A DNA stretch of 64,000 nt from positions 23,959-87,958 of IMG/VR virus record IMGVR_UViG_3300030430_004034. One strand, 5' to 3'. The notes below the pieces were generated by a model. It searched no databases. It saw only the letters and a list, made by a program, of their open reading frames with translations, and was not told the origin of the DNA. Made by a program: the position numbers and the translations under genes. This stretch comes from a virus. Every line of letters starts with the position of its first letter. Positions within the stretch are counted from its first letter, which is position 1. Shown piece by piece: positions 63,752 to 64,000 of this stretch.

Positions 63752-63968
63752 AGCCACCACCTGCCTCTTGATATAATCGGTTGAGTTCTTGGGATTTACG
63801 AGCAGACCATTTATATTTTCCAGTTCCATGAGTTTTTTTACCCCACAATCTCCTATGTATTTTGGCTCTTAGCGACGGTTTAGTATAAACGCCTTTAGGA
63901 ACTTTGTAAGTGTATTTAGGCGTTTGTCGTTGCCTCCTATTTTTTTTCTTAAGAATCTCAAACCACAC
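63735..63968 (-). CDS. Basic WxxILK-leader protein
   Basis: GTG start MWFEILKK after GGAGGTG; YTKPSLR...WSARKSQ...Y..AGGGF. Confidence 0.7.
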   Translation of the reverse strand: MWFEILKKKNRRQRQTPKYTYKVPKGVYTKPSLRAKIHRRLWGKKTHGTGKYKWSARKSQELNRLYQEAGGGFVNKK

Positions 63969-64000
63969 TCTGCACACCTCCAATCTGTTCTAGACTATCC

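Overview
This window is about 64 kb of a tailed dsDNA archaeal virus genome (Caudoviricetes). It is most consistent with a 'magrovirus' infecting Marine Group II Euryarchaeota (Poseidoniales). That assignment is inferred from gene content: TFB, PCNA/RFC, MCM-like helicase, AEP primase, ERCC4 nuclease, split PolB, chaperonin and an HK97-type head. There are two convergent gene blocks. The + strand (1-28,854) carries host-takeover and replication genes: a ubiquitin-like protein, E1/ThiF, JAB, TFB, an MTase, GroES/GroEL, a ligase, RFC, SSB, a recombinase, a clamp, split PolB, a Cas4-like nuclease, primase, ERCC4, MCM-like helicase and a DEDD exonuclease. The - strand (28,872-64,000) carries morphogenesis genes: a small-gene array, portal, a second ligase, protease/scaffold, MCP, a small-GTPase/membrane cluster, neck, tail tube, frameshifted chaperones, tape measure and tail tip, ending in an HMG-CoA lyase. 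No terminase is visible; it probably lies beyond the right edge. Three candidate systems stand out. (1) About ten unrelated small proteins share an N-terminal W-x-x-[IV]-[LMI]-K leader that looks like a capsid-targeting and protease-cleavage tag for internal cargo, and gene junctions in the array repeat like exchangeable cassettes. (2) A virus-encoded Ubl(GG-CY)/E1/JAB locus with a candidate E2 surrounds a viral TFB. (3) An Arf/Ras-like GTPase sits with membrane proteins in the late region. All calls come from motif reading by eye; no database searches were run.
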